In this document: in pieces, positions 12,740-24,312 of the stretch
Position numbering within the stretch: position 1 is the first letter of the stretch
Layout of the letters: each line of letters starts with the position of its first letter
Assembly: GCA_973895155.1 (NCBI GenBank)
Contig: OZ316893.1
Coordinates: forward strand, 1,054,860-1,118,859
Direction: 5' to 3'
DNA: 64,000 nucleotides
Source of the DNA: Marsupella aquatica
Taxonomy: Eukaryota > Plantae > Marchantiophyta
The notes under the pieces: model-generated
The model's database searches: none
What the model saw: the letters and a program-made list of their open reading frames with translations, nothing else
What the model was told of the DNA's origin: nothing
Made by a program: the position numbers and the translations under genes

Positions 12740-15220
12740 ATGGCCACTCTGAGACAGAGACCTGAGGCAGTTCCAACGAACAAGGAGAGTTCTTCGCAAA
12801 ATGGAGAAGCAAAAGCGAAAGGGGAGAACATGGCAGTGTGGCTGACAGCAAAGGAGAAGCTGGAAATGAAGCCTTTTAAGCTCCCGGAAAAGCTCGGTCC
12901 GTTGTTCATCTTTCTTGTCTAGTTACAAATGCACTTCTGTCTTAGCGACGTCGCGGCTTCCACAATTCCAGTCACCAAAATTTTCGTTCAGCTGTTTGAT
13001 TCTGGAATCTTGAACTGTGTCTGCACATCAGTAGCAGCCAGACTATGAATGTAACTCGGCTGCTTTTGTAGATATCTATCTTAGGTGATTCAGTTGTGCT
13101 CCTCGAATGCAAGACCTTGACATCTTGTCTTCGTTTATTCCTGATGGCCTTGTTCAATTTATTGCTTCTGGATCAGGGCCTAAAGAAGTTAGAATTCGCA
13201 TGAAAGCCGTGGGCATCTGTGGAAGTGACACATCGTATGTCAAGGTAACTGTAGTCAAATTGACAGAAATTAACTGGCTCTCATCTTATTAGCGGCAGAT
13301 TTTGGGTTATCTGTTCGACATGGCATCGTAGAATTAGCAACTCTTTCATAGAGAATGTGGATCTTTCAGATGTAGTTCGATCTGTCAGTTCTGAGTTGCT
13401 TTCTTCGGATTTATGAGTATCACTGATTGAGGGGTCTGATAACACTGATGATAAGTTTGTGGTCAAATAATTCCAATGAGTTGGATCAAATACACAGAAA
13501 TGTTCTGAAGACAGCATTCACCTCCTCATATATGATTGTCAATGCTATTGTTCTCCATGACATTGTATTCGGCTCAAGGATGCATTCATATTGTTTACAT
13601 GTGAATGCGTGTTGCAGACAATGTGCTGTGGGGACTATGTAGTGAAGGAGCCAATGGTCATGGGACATGAATGTGCCGGGGAAATAGCAGAGGTTGGCAG
13701 CGAGGTGGGCCATTTGGTTCCAGGTGATCGGGTTGCCTTAGAACCGGGTATCTCATGTGGCTTATGCAGCTATTGCAAGACTGGCATCTATAATTTGTGT
13801 CCCAAAATGAAATTCTTTGCCACTCCACCTATCGATGGATGCCTTGCTGAACAGGTTTGTGCCATTCACTCACATATAAACCTTCACGAAGCTTCAGACT
13901 ATTACTTTGGCAATTTTTTCATGAAAAATTTGGATGGACGACTGGTCTACGATGGACTCGTACATACTTTCGAATCGTTGCTTTTGAATTCCTCTGTTAT
14001 CAGGTGCTTTCCCTGGAACTGACTTCGTTGGCTTGCTGCCATGCAGATTATACATCCTGCAGACTTGTGTTTCAAGCTGCCTGACTGCCTGACCTTGGAG
14101 GAGGGTGCAATGTGCGAGCCCCTCAGTGTTGGGGTGCATGCCTGTCGCCGAACTTCCATTGGACCAGATACTAAGGTCCTGATTATTGGTGGTGGTCCTA
14201 TTGGATTGATCAGTGTACTTTGCGCCCGGGCCTTCGGATCTCCGCGCGTTGTCATTGCCGATGTTGGCGAGCAGAAGTTGGCGATGGCTAAGAACCTTGG
14301 GGCAGATGCTACCGTCTTTGTTTCCAGAGACGAGAAGGTCCCAGCTTGCACTTGCACTACGTTTTGGTAGTCATAAGCATTTTTGGGGCGGTCATTGTTT
14401 CGCAGATTTTACAAGGGTCGTCAAGTTTATGGAGATGAAAGAGTTCTAGTTTGCACTTAAACCCTATTTTTGCTGTTGGCATCAAAATGTCGTCTGGAGG
14501 AAAAGCTCGACTCCTGATTGACGTGGTCAATTTTGGAGCAGAAGGTTTTGTATGGAAAACCTTCTGCTCCAAAATTGACCACGTCAATCAGGAGTAGAGC
14601 TGAAAACAAGCAAAGTATCAGACAGACTGATGATATGTTTGGGCGTTTGAGCAGGACATTGAGAAAGAAGTGAAGGAATGTCAGGAAGCCATGGGCGGTC
14701 CTATAGATGTTACGCTCGACTGCGTGGGGCTGGAAAAAAGCATGATTACTGCAATGAAAGCTACCAGACCTGGTGGAAAAGTTTGCATGGTTGGCATGCG
14801 TGGCACCAACATGAATCTACCCATTGCAGCTGCGGCTTCTAGGTGAGCAAACTTTTCGTCCTCATCTGTCTGTATCCAATAATATATATATCAGTGAAGG
14901 ATAAGCTAAAGGTGGTGATCTCTGGCAAGCTGCAAGTCCAGAAAACATTAAAGGGTTCTGCTTCTTTATCCACAACACTAGTTCTTCCTATTTGTACTGA
15001 TTTGAAAGTTTTGTTCGAATGTGGCAGGGAAGTTGATATGTTTGGGGGATTCAGATACAGAAACACCTATCCATTGTGCCTCGAATTGCTCTCGACTCGT
15101 AAAGTAGATGTTCGTCCTCTCATCACACACCACTACGGTTTTACATTAGATGAGGTCGTCGAGGCTTTTCACAAGGGTGCCCATGACAAGAGTGCAGTGA
15201 AGATCATGTTCCACCTGTAG
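12740..15220 (+). CDS. SDH: Sorbitol dehydrogenase (Zn-dependent MDR). Exons 12740-12896, 13177-13244, 13618-13854, 14047-14337, 14655-14842, 15028-15220
   Basis: All junctions are GT-AG and keep the frame. Motifs: ENMAVWL, MKAVGICGSD, EPMVMGHECAG, GDRVALEPG, structural-Zn CxxCxxC..YNLC, FFATPP, EEGAMCEPLSVGVHAC, GGGPIG, FRYRNTYPLC and C-terminal KIMFHL. Confidence 0.95.
14504..14601. repeat. Perfect 40-bp inverted repeat with 6-nt loop in SDH intron 4
   Basis: 14510-14549 is the exact reverse complement of 14556-14595. The stem extends 5 bp further after one mismatch. Confidence 0.95.
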
Positions 15221-16420
15221 AGTAATCGAATTTTGCTTCCAACTCGTACAGCAAGAGCAGTGAAGTTTGTGTGCAGTTGAAAGTGAAAGTGACATGTGCA
15301 ATCTCTGAAAGAATTAGACCCATGAACAAGAAAGCGTCTTCTCAAAAAATCGCTTGGCAAAGAAGTGGAGTGAAGGTGATATTGAAGCTACAAAACCCAC
15401 TAAATCGGCAGTGAAGTTCGTTGGATTTTAAAATTGCCAGCGAGACATTACAGAGTTCTCACAAGCTTGGCAAAGAAGAGGAGTCGAGGCGATAGTGAAG
15501 CTACCAAATAACAAAATCAGCAGCGAAGTTAGTTGGATTGTAATAGGGAATTGAACTAGGATGAGGTGTATGGTTGTCATGTACAGCCCTCCACTTAACA
15601 CCTTTCTCAAATTATGATATGATGCAATCTCCCTAGGCAATTTCCACCATCAAACAGGTTTGCCAACTGGATGTGTTGGACAAAAAGGTTTTTGAGGATC
15701 ACAAAAGCTTGTTGATAATTGATGGCCCTACCACTCCCTGAGGACCCTAACATTTTAGGCACAAGCATGCAGAAGTAATGGAAAACAAACAAGAGACTAG
15801 CTGATTCCCATGCAATTCACTTAAGGTTTATCAGGAGGAGTGCACCAGAGTTTTTAAATCAATGAGTATATGGTGTATAATCATTGATTTAAAGAAAACA
15901 GTGAGGTTTATTATGGTATGGAAGAATGTTTTATGTCGTATATGTCATATTTTGATGTCCGAGAAAGGAACACCTAGTAGTCCGTAATCACACATCCAAA
16001 ATGTGAGAATATATGGTGTACACTCATTGATTTAAAGAAAATGATGAATTTTATCATGGTATGAAGGAATGTTGTATATGTCAAATTTTGATCTACAGTT
16101 ATCTAGACCCCAGACCCCCTAGTAGTCGAGGAGGCAAACGTGCACTATGTCGTCAATCAAACAACCAGACCCACCTAGAAGTTTTTGCATGAATGGGAGA
16201 GTTGTTAAACTGCACACTCCATGAATTTGAGTTGCAAGAACAATCATAATTCTTAGACCCTGAATTGTAACCAGTCTAATTTATTTGAAAAGCAGGCAAA
16301 CCTGTGGCGTCAGCCCAGAAATCAGATCCACCTAGAACTTTTTGCATTAACGAGACATATTTATTTATTGAACTGCTGTGTAATCTAATTCTTAGGACCT
16401 GAGAATAACCAGTCTAATTT

Positions 16421-16619
16421 GAGAGAGACCTAATTTGTTACTTGATGGACCCTTAAATTTAAAAGTGATATTTGATGGACCCTTAAACTTAGAAGTGATA
16501 TTTGATGGAACCTATGAGGCCCGTTGGATTTTGGGTATGTTATTGAAGGTCTATTAATGGTCTATTAGTGGTCCATCAAGAAACACTTTTCATTTTGAGG
16601 GTCCATCATTATACCTCTC
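16421..16619. mobile_element. Mutator-like MITE with imperfect ~50-bp inverted termini
   Basis: GAGAG...TGATGGACCCTTAAATTTAAAAGTG..TTGATGGAC pairs with GTCCATCAAG..CACTTTTCATTTTGAGGGTCCATCA..CTCTC. AATTT flanks both sides. Confidence 0.6.
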
Positions 16620-19172
16620 AATTTAGTTTACTTGAAAAGCACTATGCTTTCCATGGGCATCTCATAATGCTTCACAATGAGCATGTCTGAGAAACAAAAG
16701 AGGCAAGAATCTCATAGATATGGGTTAAAGCCATTGCATTTTCTTCCAAAGGAGAGTAGCTTCAACCACTGAGCAATGTCAACAATCCCTAAATTTGATG
16801 GTTATCAATTCTCAAGAGGCACAGAACTATCTACACAAATGATTAGTAATCACTAGCCTGAATGCTTGAGCTTCCAATTCCACCCCATAGCTTAGCTTAT
16901 TAGGTGGATATGAGAGTGTAACAACCCACAATGCAGAAGCCTGAAAGCTTCTTCTTCAGCTCTCTCCTGAGTGGGGTGGAAGAGGAACTCTAAACCCATT
17001 CCAAGGTCTTCAAGCTTTTCGTTCTGCTTTCCAAAAGTTTGTAAGAGATTAATCTATGAAAACCATGCTAAGGAGCCTAACAAGATTTCCCAAAGAATAA
17101 TTAATTAATGGAAATTTCAGTCAGTGGGACAAGGTTTTAGGTAGCTTTTGTGAAACTTGGAAAACCATTCCAATGAATAGTTTAAGAATATTCTAACCAT
17201 ATTTTGAGATAAGCACTAACGTAAAAGATGAAATATAAATAAGCCATTTCAAGACAGTCCTACAATTTTAAAGGTAAAAATATAATATTTTTGCGCAAGG
17301 CATAGGCAACTGGACCTTGCCACGTCACACAAAACGATAATGGCCTCCATTCTTCATGAGACCCTTAAAGTAACACCTGGCAACTTCCGATTCAACAAGA
17401 GCAGTAGTACACTGGCTTCCACTCTTGATGACAGTTTTTAAAAGAATACTTGGCAGCTTTTGATTTACGAAGAACAGTAGTACAATGCAAAAACTTAATG
17501 ACCTTAAAGTAGCATTTTACTCAAAGTGGGCACCTAAATAAGAGGCCTTCAATTCTAATGGAAACGTTTGTGGGTTCCCGCCACGATGCTCATATGAAGT
17601 AAGAGGGTTTAGGGTTTACGCTTGTTCGAAGCGTTTCGGGGTTCCGTTGAACTTCGGAAATCCAGCTCTCTCTCGTCAACATTTCGGAGGATTCACTCTC
17701 GCTCTCACTCGTTTCTGTACGAGTTCTCAACGAGCTCAAGTTTGTGCGGTGATTCCACTTCTCAGCGTTCGGAATCATTCCCACGTTCTGATCGAAGTAC
17801 CGTCTGTTGTAATGCAGTGTAGGGTTTGATCACAACGCGCCTAATGAATCGTCCATGAAGTCGCACCCCTAAGAATTGCTCAGAGCTTTTGCGGAACCAT
17901 TCTGTGTGATGGTGGATGTTCCGATTAGAAGACGTGGTGGATTTGCATTCTTACTCGCGTCTGGGGCTCGGTGGAGGACACCATTCTGCAGAACAGCTTT
18001 AATCCAGGACCGGACTCTGTCGGATGACAGGTGATGATGCAATGTGTAGTGTCTTGCAGCTTTCCTCGATTGTATCTTGTACGGTGCTTGGCTGTGTGTG
18101 TTGGTGGTAGTTTTGCAAGCATCCAGTGCTGCGTTGCCAGAATCTGGTACAAGAGATCCCAAAGAAAGCAGGTTCTCTTTTCGCTGATCTGTAAGGTCTC
18201 CAAGTCTCTTGCCAACAGTGTACTTGTGTTCGGAGTCCACGGGTAGTGTGCTCTTCACTTCAGCAGTGATTCGTGCATAGGGTTCGTTCTAGTCCCTGTA
18301 TTTTACGCATTTAGCTGTGTTCGTATCCAAGATTTTTCGTCTATCTTTCCTTCGATGTTATGTCGCTAGACGAAATTTACCGAGGTCTCACTTTGAATTT
18401 TGTAATGCAGAAGTCGATTTTTAATGTGACCGACCTACAATTATGCGGGTTAGGACCGTCGTTGGGGAGGGCGAGGAAAGCTCTGATCGTTGGAGAAGGT
18501 CATTGATGATGTGGTAAGTTCGAAGTGGTCTCTGTTTTTGAAACCTTTCTCGCTACTGCACTGTTACTTGATTTCATTCGAATTCGAATTCCCAGACTTG
18601 TGGATGCTGAGTCCTTCAGTTAGATTGGGCTTGAGCCTTCCGGTCTCCAGGGATGAGCGGGACTGATGGGAAGTTCTCGATCAGTTTTTCGTAAGACCGC
18701 TTGCAGGATCTCGGAATGGGCCGTTTTCGGGATGGCTCCGGTTGCGTCCATTCGACCAGCCATTGTCTAATAGCCAAGTTGTCGAACACGTCTCTGCACT
18801 ATAGTGTCGCATTTGGCCTCCATTAAGGAACGGCTTGCCACTCCTCGTTGCAGATTGACCACGCCTCGCACAAATTTTGCCAAACCCTGGAACCTTGAAC
18901 GACGTCTGTATGGTCTCCAACGAACATCCACCTGAAATCTTTGATTCCGCAATTGCTCTTTGACATGTTCCTTCTGGATTGCTGCAGAATTGCGCGGAGA
19001 ACCCTAAACCTTCTGCAAGCTTCCTTGTCAAGGTTTTACCTGCCAGTCGTCGGGTTTGCGCTGGTATCGATATTAGATCTATTTGTCCGTGTTGGAATCA
19101 TTCTCTCTGGTTTTGATCAAAGTAGGGTCTGGTGCTAGTTTACGGTCTACCTGAGGAAGTATTGGGCAAGGA

Positions 19173-20888
19173 ATGGGGTCGCCAGTTGCAGCGTTTGTAT
19201 GGAGAGAGGTAGTTGGAAAGAGATGGATAAGATGTGCAGTGTGGCAAGCAGCTATCTCTTCAGGCATATTTCTGGTCTGGGAGCTCCTTCTTAAGTTGTG
19301 CTCTCGACGTGCCGATGGTGTCATTGAGGCTCCAATTCTCTCCGCCTTGTGGACATGCATGAGGTTTTTCTTGTTCCAAACATCGCAGATGTGCTTCTTG
19401 TTAGGACAGACATTCATTTCGGAGCCCGAGGAGAGGGAAATGGCTTCAATGGTAGATTTAGCTAGCGAAATGTGGAAACGGGTTTGGAGAGCCGCCGTGG
19501 GTTCGCGGGGTGAAGAGTCTACGGCGGACATATCTGATATGCGGACGAAGGTTCGAGCCAAACTAGACTATATTTCGTTCGCTATCCTATGCGTTGTTTC
19601 AGGCGTCATGGGTTTCGTCTCGCTCTTGTCATCGCCTGTGTCTTCCGTGGGAACGAGTTCTTTGGACATAGGTCTGCGTGGAGCTACCCTTGGCTTTGTT
19701 TATACCGCTCTGCAGTCCTACCAAAAGAAACTCAGTCTCTCGGTGCCTGTAATTCAGCGACGGCTATATTTCTCCTTCAAGATGGGCATCCCTCCTGCTG
19801 TCACCACAAGCTGTAAGCTGGCTTTGGCTCTGCTACCTATTGGGGAAACTGTATCACAACTTCTCGCTTTCAAAACTGGAGTAAAATCAGATGCGGATTC
19901 TCTCACATTAGTTCTCTGGTGGCAGCCATGGTTTGCAGCTGGGGCCTTCATTATGTGCCTTTCCTGGGAGGTTGGTCACCATCTCGTGCAGGTTTTACTT
20001 ACAAAGCTTCACGAGTTTGCTCCTCCTTTGGGCTCCCCTTCTGCTGAAAAGAATCCTACTGATCTGTTGCTGATGATTTTGGAAGAGCCTCCTCAAGAGA
20101 CGGGTTCTCTGGTCCAGTACCACGCTTTCCTTGACCTTTGCAACGTCTCTGAAACCAATGTAGACACATGGCGTAGGGCAGCAATTTTTGAGGAAACAGG
20201 AGACACGTACGGGAGATTAATCGATGTATGCTTGAAGAGATTGGATGGTCTCACCGCCCTTTTGGCGCTAGGCTTAGAGGGTAGTGAAGCTGACAAGGGT
20301 ATTGATTCCCTCAGGCGGCAGATTGAATCACCTGATGGCGATTATCGGCGTGTCATCTTTCAGCAAGGAGATGTGTCGAGTTCTTTCCAGAATTTTCAGA
20401 TATGTGTTCTATGTGCGAGAATAGTGGCTTCATTGACATCTAGCTCCCGGAGTGAGGACAAATATGGAGTTGCCCAGCTGCATTGTTGCAATGCGGCTGT
20501 TGTTTCATCTCTCCTATCATGTTTACTTGTTCTTGAGGTCTACCTTGGGAGAAGGAGCAGTGCAAGCGGTGTAACGTTTGCCCAGAAGAGTGTGAATTGG
20601 ACAGTTCCCGGCAGAGGTGCATTCGTTGAGAAAGATAAGAGAAAGTCCAATCCATTTGGCAAGCGGACTGTCTTGCACAAGAAAGCGTACGCTCTGGGGG
20701 ACGTCCTTCGAACATGTTTGTATCAAATTGTTTATGCATTTTCTGAGGAAATGGTATTGTTAGGATCCGGGCGTAAAGGGAACTTATTGGCTTCGAAGGA
20801 CTGGGTGAGTGAGAAAAAGCCTGTATACGGTACCCATGATATGCACGTCCAGAAGCTGATAGCATTCTTACCATACCAGGTTGGTTAG
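19173..20888 (+). CDS. NDC1: Transmembrane nucleoporin NDC1, intronless CDS, 571 aa
   Basis: Multi-TM N-terminal half. Plant NDC1 motifs AFLDLC..E..VDTWRRAAIFEETG, EDKYGVAQL...NAAVVSSLLSCLL and DVLRTCLYQIV.AF..EM are present. Confidence 0.85.
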   Translation: MGSPVAAFVWREVVGKRWIRCAVWQAAISSGIFLVWELLLKLCSRRADGVIEAPILSALWTCMRFFLFQTSQMCFLLGQTFISEPEEREMASMVDLASEMWKRVWRAAVGSRGEESTADISDMRTKVRAKLDYISFAILCVVSGVMGFVSLLSSPVSSVGTSSLDIGLRGATLGFVYTALQSYQKKLSLSVPVIQRRLYFSFKMGIPPAVTTSCKLALALLPIGETVSQLLAFKTGVKSDADSLTLVLWWQPWFAAGAFIMCLSWEVGHHLVQVLLTKLHEFAPPLGSPSAEKNPTDLLLMILEEPPQETGSLVQYHAFLDLCNVSETNVDTWRRAAIFEETGDTYGRLIDVCLKRLDGLTALLALGLEGSEADKGIDSLRRQIESPDGDYRRVIFQQGDVSSSFQNFQICVLCARIVASLTSSSRSEDKYGVAQLHCCNAAVVSSLLSCLLVLEVYLGRRSSASGVTFAQKSVNWTVPGRGAFVEKDKRKSNPFGKRTVLHKKAYALGDVLRTCLYQIVYAFSEEMVLLGSGRKGNLLASKDWVSEKKPVYGTHDMHVQKLIAFLPYQVG

Positions 20889-22430
20889 TTTATTCCGCAT
20901 GCGTCTCATTTAGTAAAATTGTTCAGGAGGTGTCTCGAATGCTGTGATGTTCGAGGGCCTAGGCTTTTAAATTTTGTAAGGGATCCCCTTCAGGCAATTT
21001 TGCAGAGGGACAGCCCAACCAAGATTTTAGTTGTTCGGAGCATTGTTCAACTCTAGTATTACATAGTTGATCGCAATTCCTTACTAGCTACATCTTACCA
21101 GCTCGAACTCTAACAGTGTGCCTGGAACTTCTCCATTGAAAATAAGGGTGGTGCTACAGGCAGGCCAATTGGCGGTGAGTGTAGGAAGGAAGAGTAAAAG
21201 CAAAAGTCGGATAAAGTTGATCGCTGACCTTACTTTGGACAATTTTTATCCGGATTGCCGAATTGTTGTTGTGCACACGTTGAGAAAACACTTGCTCGCA
21301 GACGATATAATGTTTGGATCCGCGATTGTGTTGCTTTGCTAACATGTGAGGACTTCCATTTCCTCGATATATAATGGCACATTAATTAAAGGGTCCCTTT
21401 TTCAACCTATCTGTTTTAGAGACGGACACCTTGAGAGATCAGATGAGACTCCAGATTGTGAACATCAAAGTCTGTAAATACTTGAAAGATAGTTTATGGA
21501 GCCCCGCCTGCTTTATCAGCATTGTAATCTAGTGATAATCTATGATAAGGTTTTTCTTGCCAACAGTAACTCTGATGTAAAACATTGAATTTGACTTTCT
21601 CACAGCAGATGACCTCAGAGTAAAGGTCTTTGGATTGATGATTATTACGCATTCCCTGTCTCTCTCTTGCTCACATGCACCTCTTGCTCAATTGATTTGT
21701 TCATCGTCGTGGCCATGCTCAATATCTTTAGCCGCCTCTCTGGTTTCGCACTGTTTAAAGTAAACTTGCTGATGCGGAGGATGAATGAATGACTGGAAAA
21801 CGCAACCTTTTTTTTCTGGATTAGTTTTGCTGGCGCCTCACATCTACCATGATTGTCAATTTTTCTCACTTGCCCGAATAGACAACCTGAAGATGAAGTA
21901 GGATTCAGAGTTTTGCTTGATGGACTTCCGGCTCGTCTTAGACTTTTGTATGAACACAGTTGCAGGAGTTGATAATTTGTCAGTCACAGGTCGCCAAAGT
22001 TTCCATAGTGACTGGTAACAATGCTTGCGTTGTGTAGATTGAATCACCAAAAGTCAATGTAGTTCCCACATAACGCTTTAAGAGGGTCCTGATCTCAGAG
22101 TTTCAGACACGAATTCGAATGAACCTCTGTATCATTTGTCATCTTAAAAATGGATAATGCAAGACAATGTCATGAGTGTCCTACCTGTTGCTCTTGCATG
22201 TACAGACAGAATCGATGTGTTGACCCCACAACACTGCAAAAGGGTATTGACTGTGGAGGCTTGAATACCAACTTGAATGAACCTATGTATCATGTGTTAA
22301 TTTAAAATCAATTATGGAAGGAATTTACTTTGATGACTACCATAATTCTGGGTTAGTTGCTTTTGATTAGTTCGATGGGAATTGCGACGGTTGAAGTGTA
22401 CATTGAACACAATGCCATGGTGCTGTGTTT

Positions 22431-22626
22431 GGGGGAAGATGGTAGGTGTGGCTGCTTGTAATCTTTTGTTGTGCTCTTTGGGTGGAGCTGAACTTTGTGG
22501 TTCAGTTCTTGTTAGGGTCGTCCTTTTGTACTAAGTGTGGGAGCTCATCTTACCTTTTCTATACTTAATTCCGGCCTCTGAGCGGGAAAATTGTTCAACT
22601 ATAGATTTTAACATGGTATCAGAGCC
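22431..22626 (+). mobile_element. LTR remnant with tRNA-iMet primer-binding site
   Basis: ...TTTTAACA ends at 22613 and is followed by TGGTATCAGAGCC (22614-22626). A purine tract GGGGGAAGA precedes a TG at 22440. No gag/pol follows. Confidence 0.65.
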
Positions 22627-23910
22627 CTGGGCTCAATTGTGCACAGCAGAAATCTCATCTCTCACAATGTCTTCTGCTTACTAGGTGTGGTATGATGTGA
22701 GGAACCAAAAGAGAACGCTTTGCTAGTGAAGACAGTTTGGTTAGCCCGATGAAATCTTTGCTAGCGAGGCTAAAAAACTTCCTCTTATTCTACTGCTCAA
22801 AACCTTTGTATACAACACGTACATAGTAGTGGGGACAACCATGGGGGGCTGAAACCAGAAAGAAGGTCCGTGACGGTGGCGCTCGGTTAGAGAAATGCAC
22901 AGCAGGGTTGTACATGGGTGCAGCCGCGACTAACTAAGGAGAGCAGCTGGATCTTGCGCAAGGGTTATGGGAGGGTGCAAGTTAGTGTGTATACAGACAC
23001 ATTTAAACATGCAACATACTCTTGAAACAAATTACTGACACAATAAGTTGGAACAATCCTCACACAAGCCAATCAAGAAAACCCATCAAATAACAGTTGT
23101 CATTTTGCACATTGTTATTTGAAGAGAACATGCACATGTGTAACATCCAATGAACACACAAGTAATTCACACAAGAAATACATAGTTTATCTCTCCAAGA
23201 GGGTAGGTACACATAAGAGGACTTTACTGAACTTTAAGTCCACTGGTCATATAAAGTCCCCACTAAGTAAGTTTTCCCTATCTCTTAGATGGTTGTGTAA
23301 CAATGAACCTAAAGCTCCACTCACTAATTAAGTCTTGCTAGTGAATCTAGTAGTGACACATCTAACTTTATCCAATTACCTGACTACGGTTAGACTACCT
23401 ACAGTTATATAGTAACTCTCGACCCAAGAGTAAATACCAAACAGGTCCCCTGGGATAGGCAGGAGCTACACAACAACATCACCTTGGGCACTAGAGGAAC
23501 TGCTCAGGCATAAAATCACCTTTGTACGGCCTTGCATGGAGTATCCCTTGTCCCTTTACTTACCTTGTACAGCTGTAGATGATGATTGTACAAAGATAAA
23601 ACCACATTCACTCCCCTTAAAACACAAGTGCACCCATAAAGAGCTACTGGTAAGTGCACAATTTCAGAAATGTGGTTTGAGCTCCACAAAAATGTGATAT
23701 ATGCACAACCTTTTATTGGCAAATGCTCCACAAAAGGTGCAGAGAGCTCTACCCTTTATGGTGAGTAGCTCATGGAATGGAACTTTTATAGGGGCAGGTG
23801 TGGTTTAACAGGTGGCTGCTGTCAGGTAGTCATTGCAATGGGACACTTCAGCCTCTGCTGTCGCTTCAACAATAACCATGTAGTGTAGACTGGGTCCACA
23901 TACATATAAT

Positions 23911-23964
23911 AAGATATTGATGGCTCTTCTGTCAACGTTACATGAGAAGAGCCATCAATATCTT
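23911..23964. repeat. 20-bp perfect inverted repeat with 14-nt loop
   Basis: AAGATATTGATGGCTCTTCT (23911-23930) pairs with AGAAGAGCCATCAATATCTT (23945-23964). Confidence 0.9.
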
Positions 23965-24069
23965 GTCCAAGGAAATAATTGAAGGGTCAAAGGGGTCGAA
24001 AATATTGTTAGAAATCATCCTATCTTGCTGAAACTTCTCACGAATATCCTAGACGGACATACCTTGCAC

Positions 24070-24312
24070 TCATCATTCTCGCCGTTGTCAAGTCTTTCAG
24101 GGTTACTCTAGAGGAAACAAAACTCATCCTCATCATTCTTGTCTTTGTGAGGCTTTTCAAATTTCCTAGAGGGATGCAAAATGCGGATGATCATTCTTCT
24201 ATATGTGAGGTTTTCCAGATTATTCTAGAGGGGCACGAAATTTGCATCCTCATCACTCTTCCGTTTGTGAGATTTTTTAAGATAAACCTTCAGGGATACA
24301 AATTGTGTATCC
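24070..24312. repeat. Four diverged ~60-bp tandem units
   Basis: The pattern CATCCTCATCA(T/C)TCTT..TTTGTGAG..TTT..A...TAGAGGG..CAAA recurs at ~60-bp spacing. Confidence 0.65.

Noticed and set aside
18060-18170. Signal-peptide-like frame (WLCVLVVVLQASSAALP)
   Set aside because: There is no ATG, and joining it to the upstream ORF would need a 29-nt intron.
18031-18610. C/D-box snoRNAs (TGATGA at 18032 and ~18504, with downstream CTGA)
   Set aside because: No terminal stems or recognisable rRNA-complementary guides, and the boxes are expected by chance.
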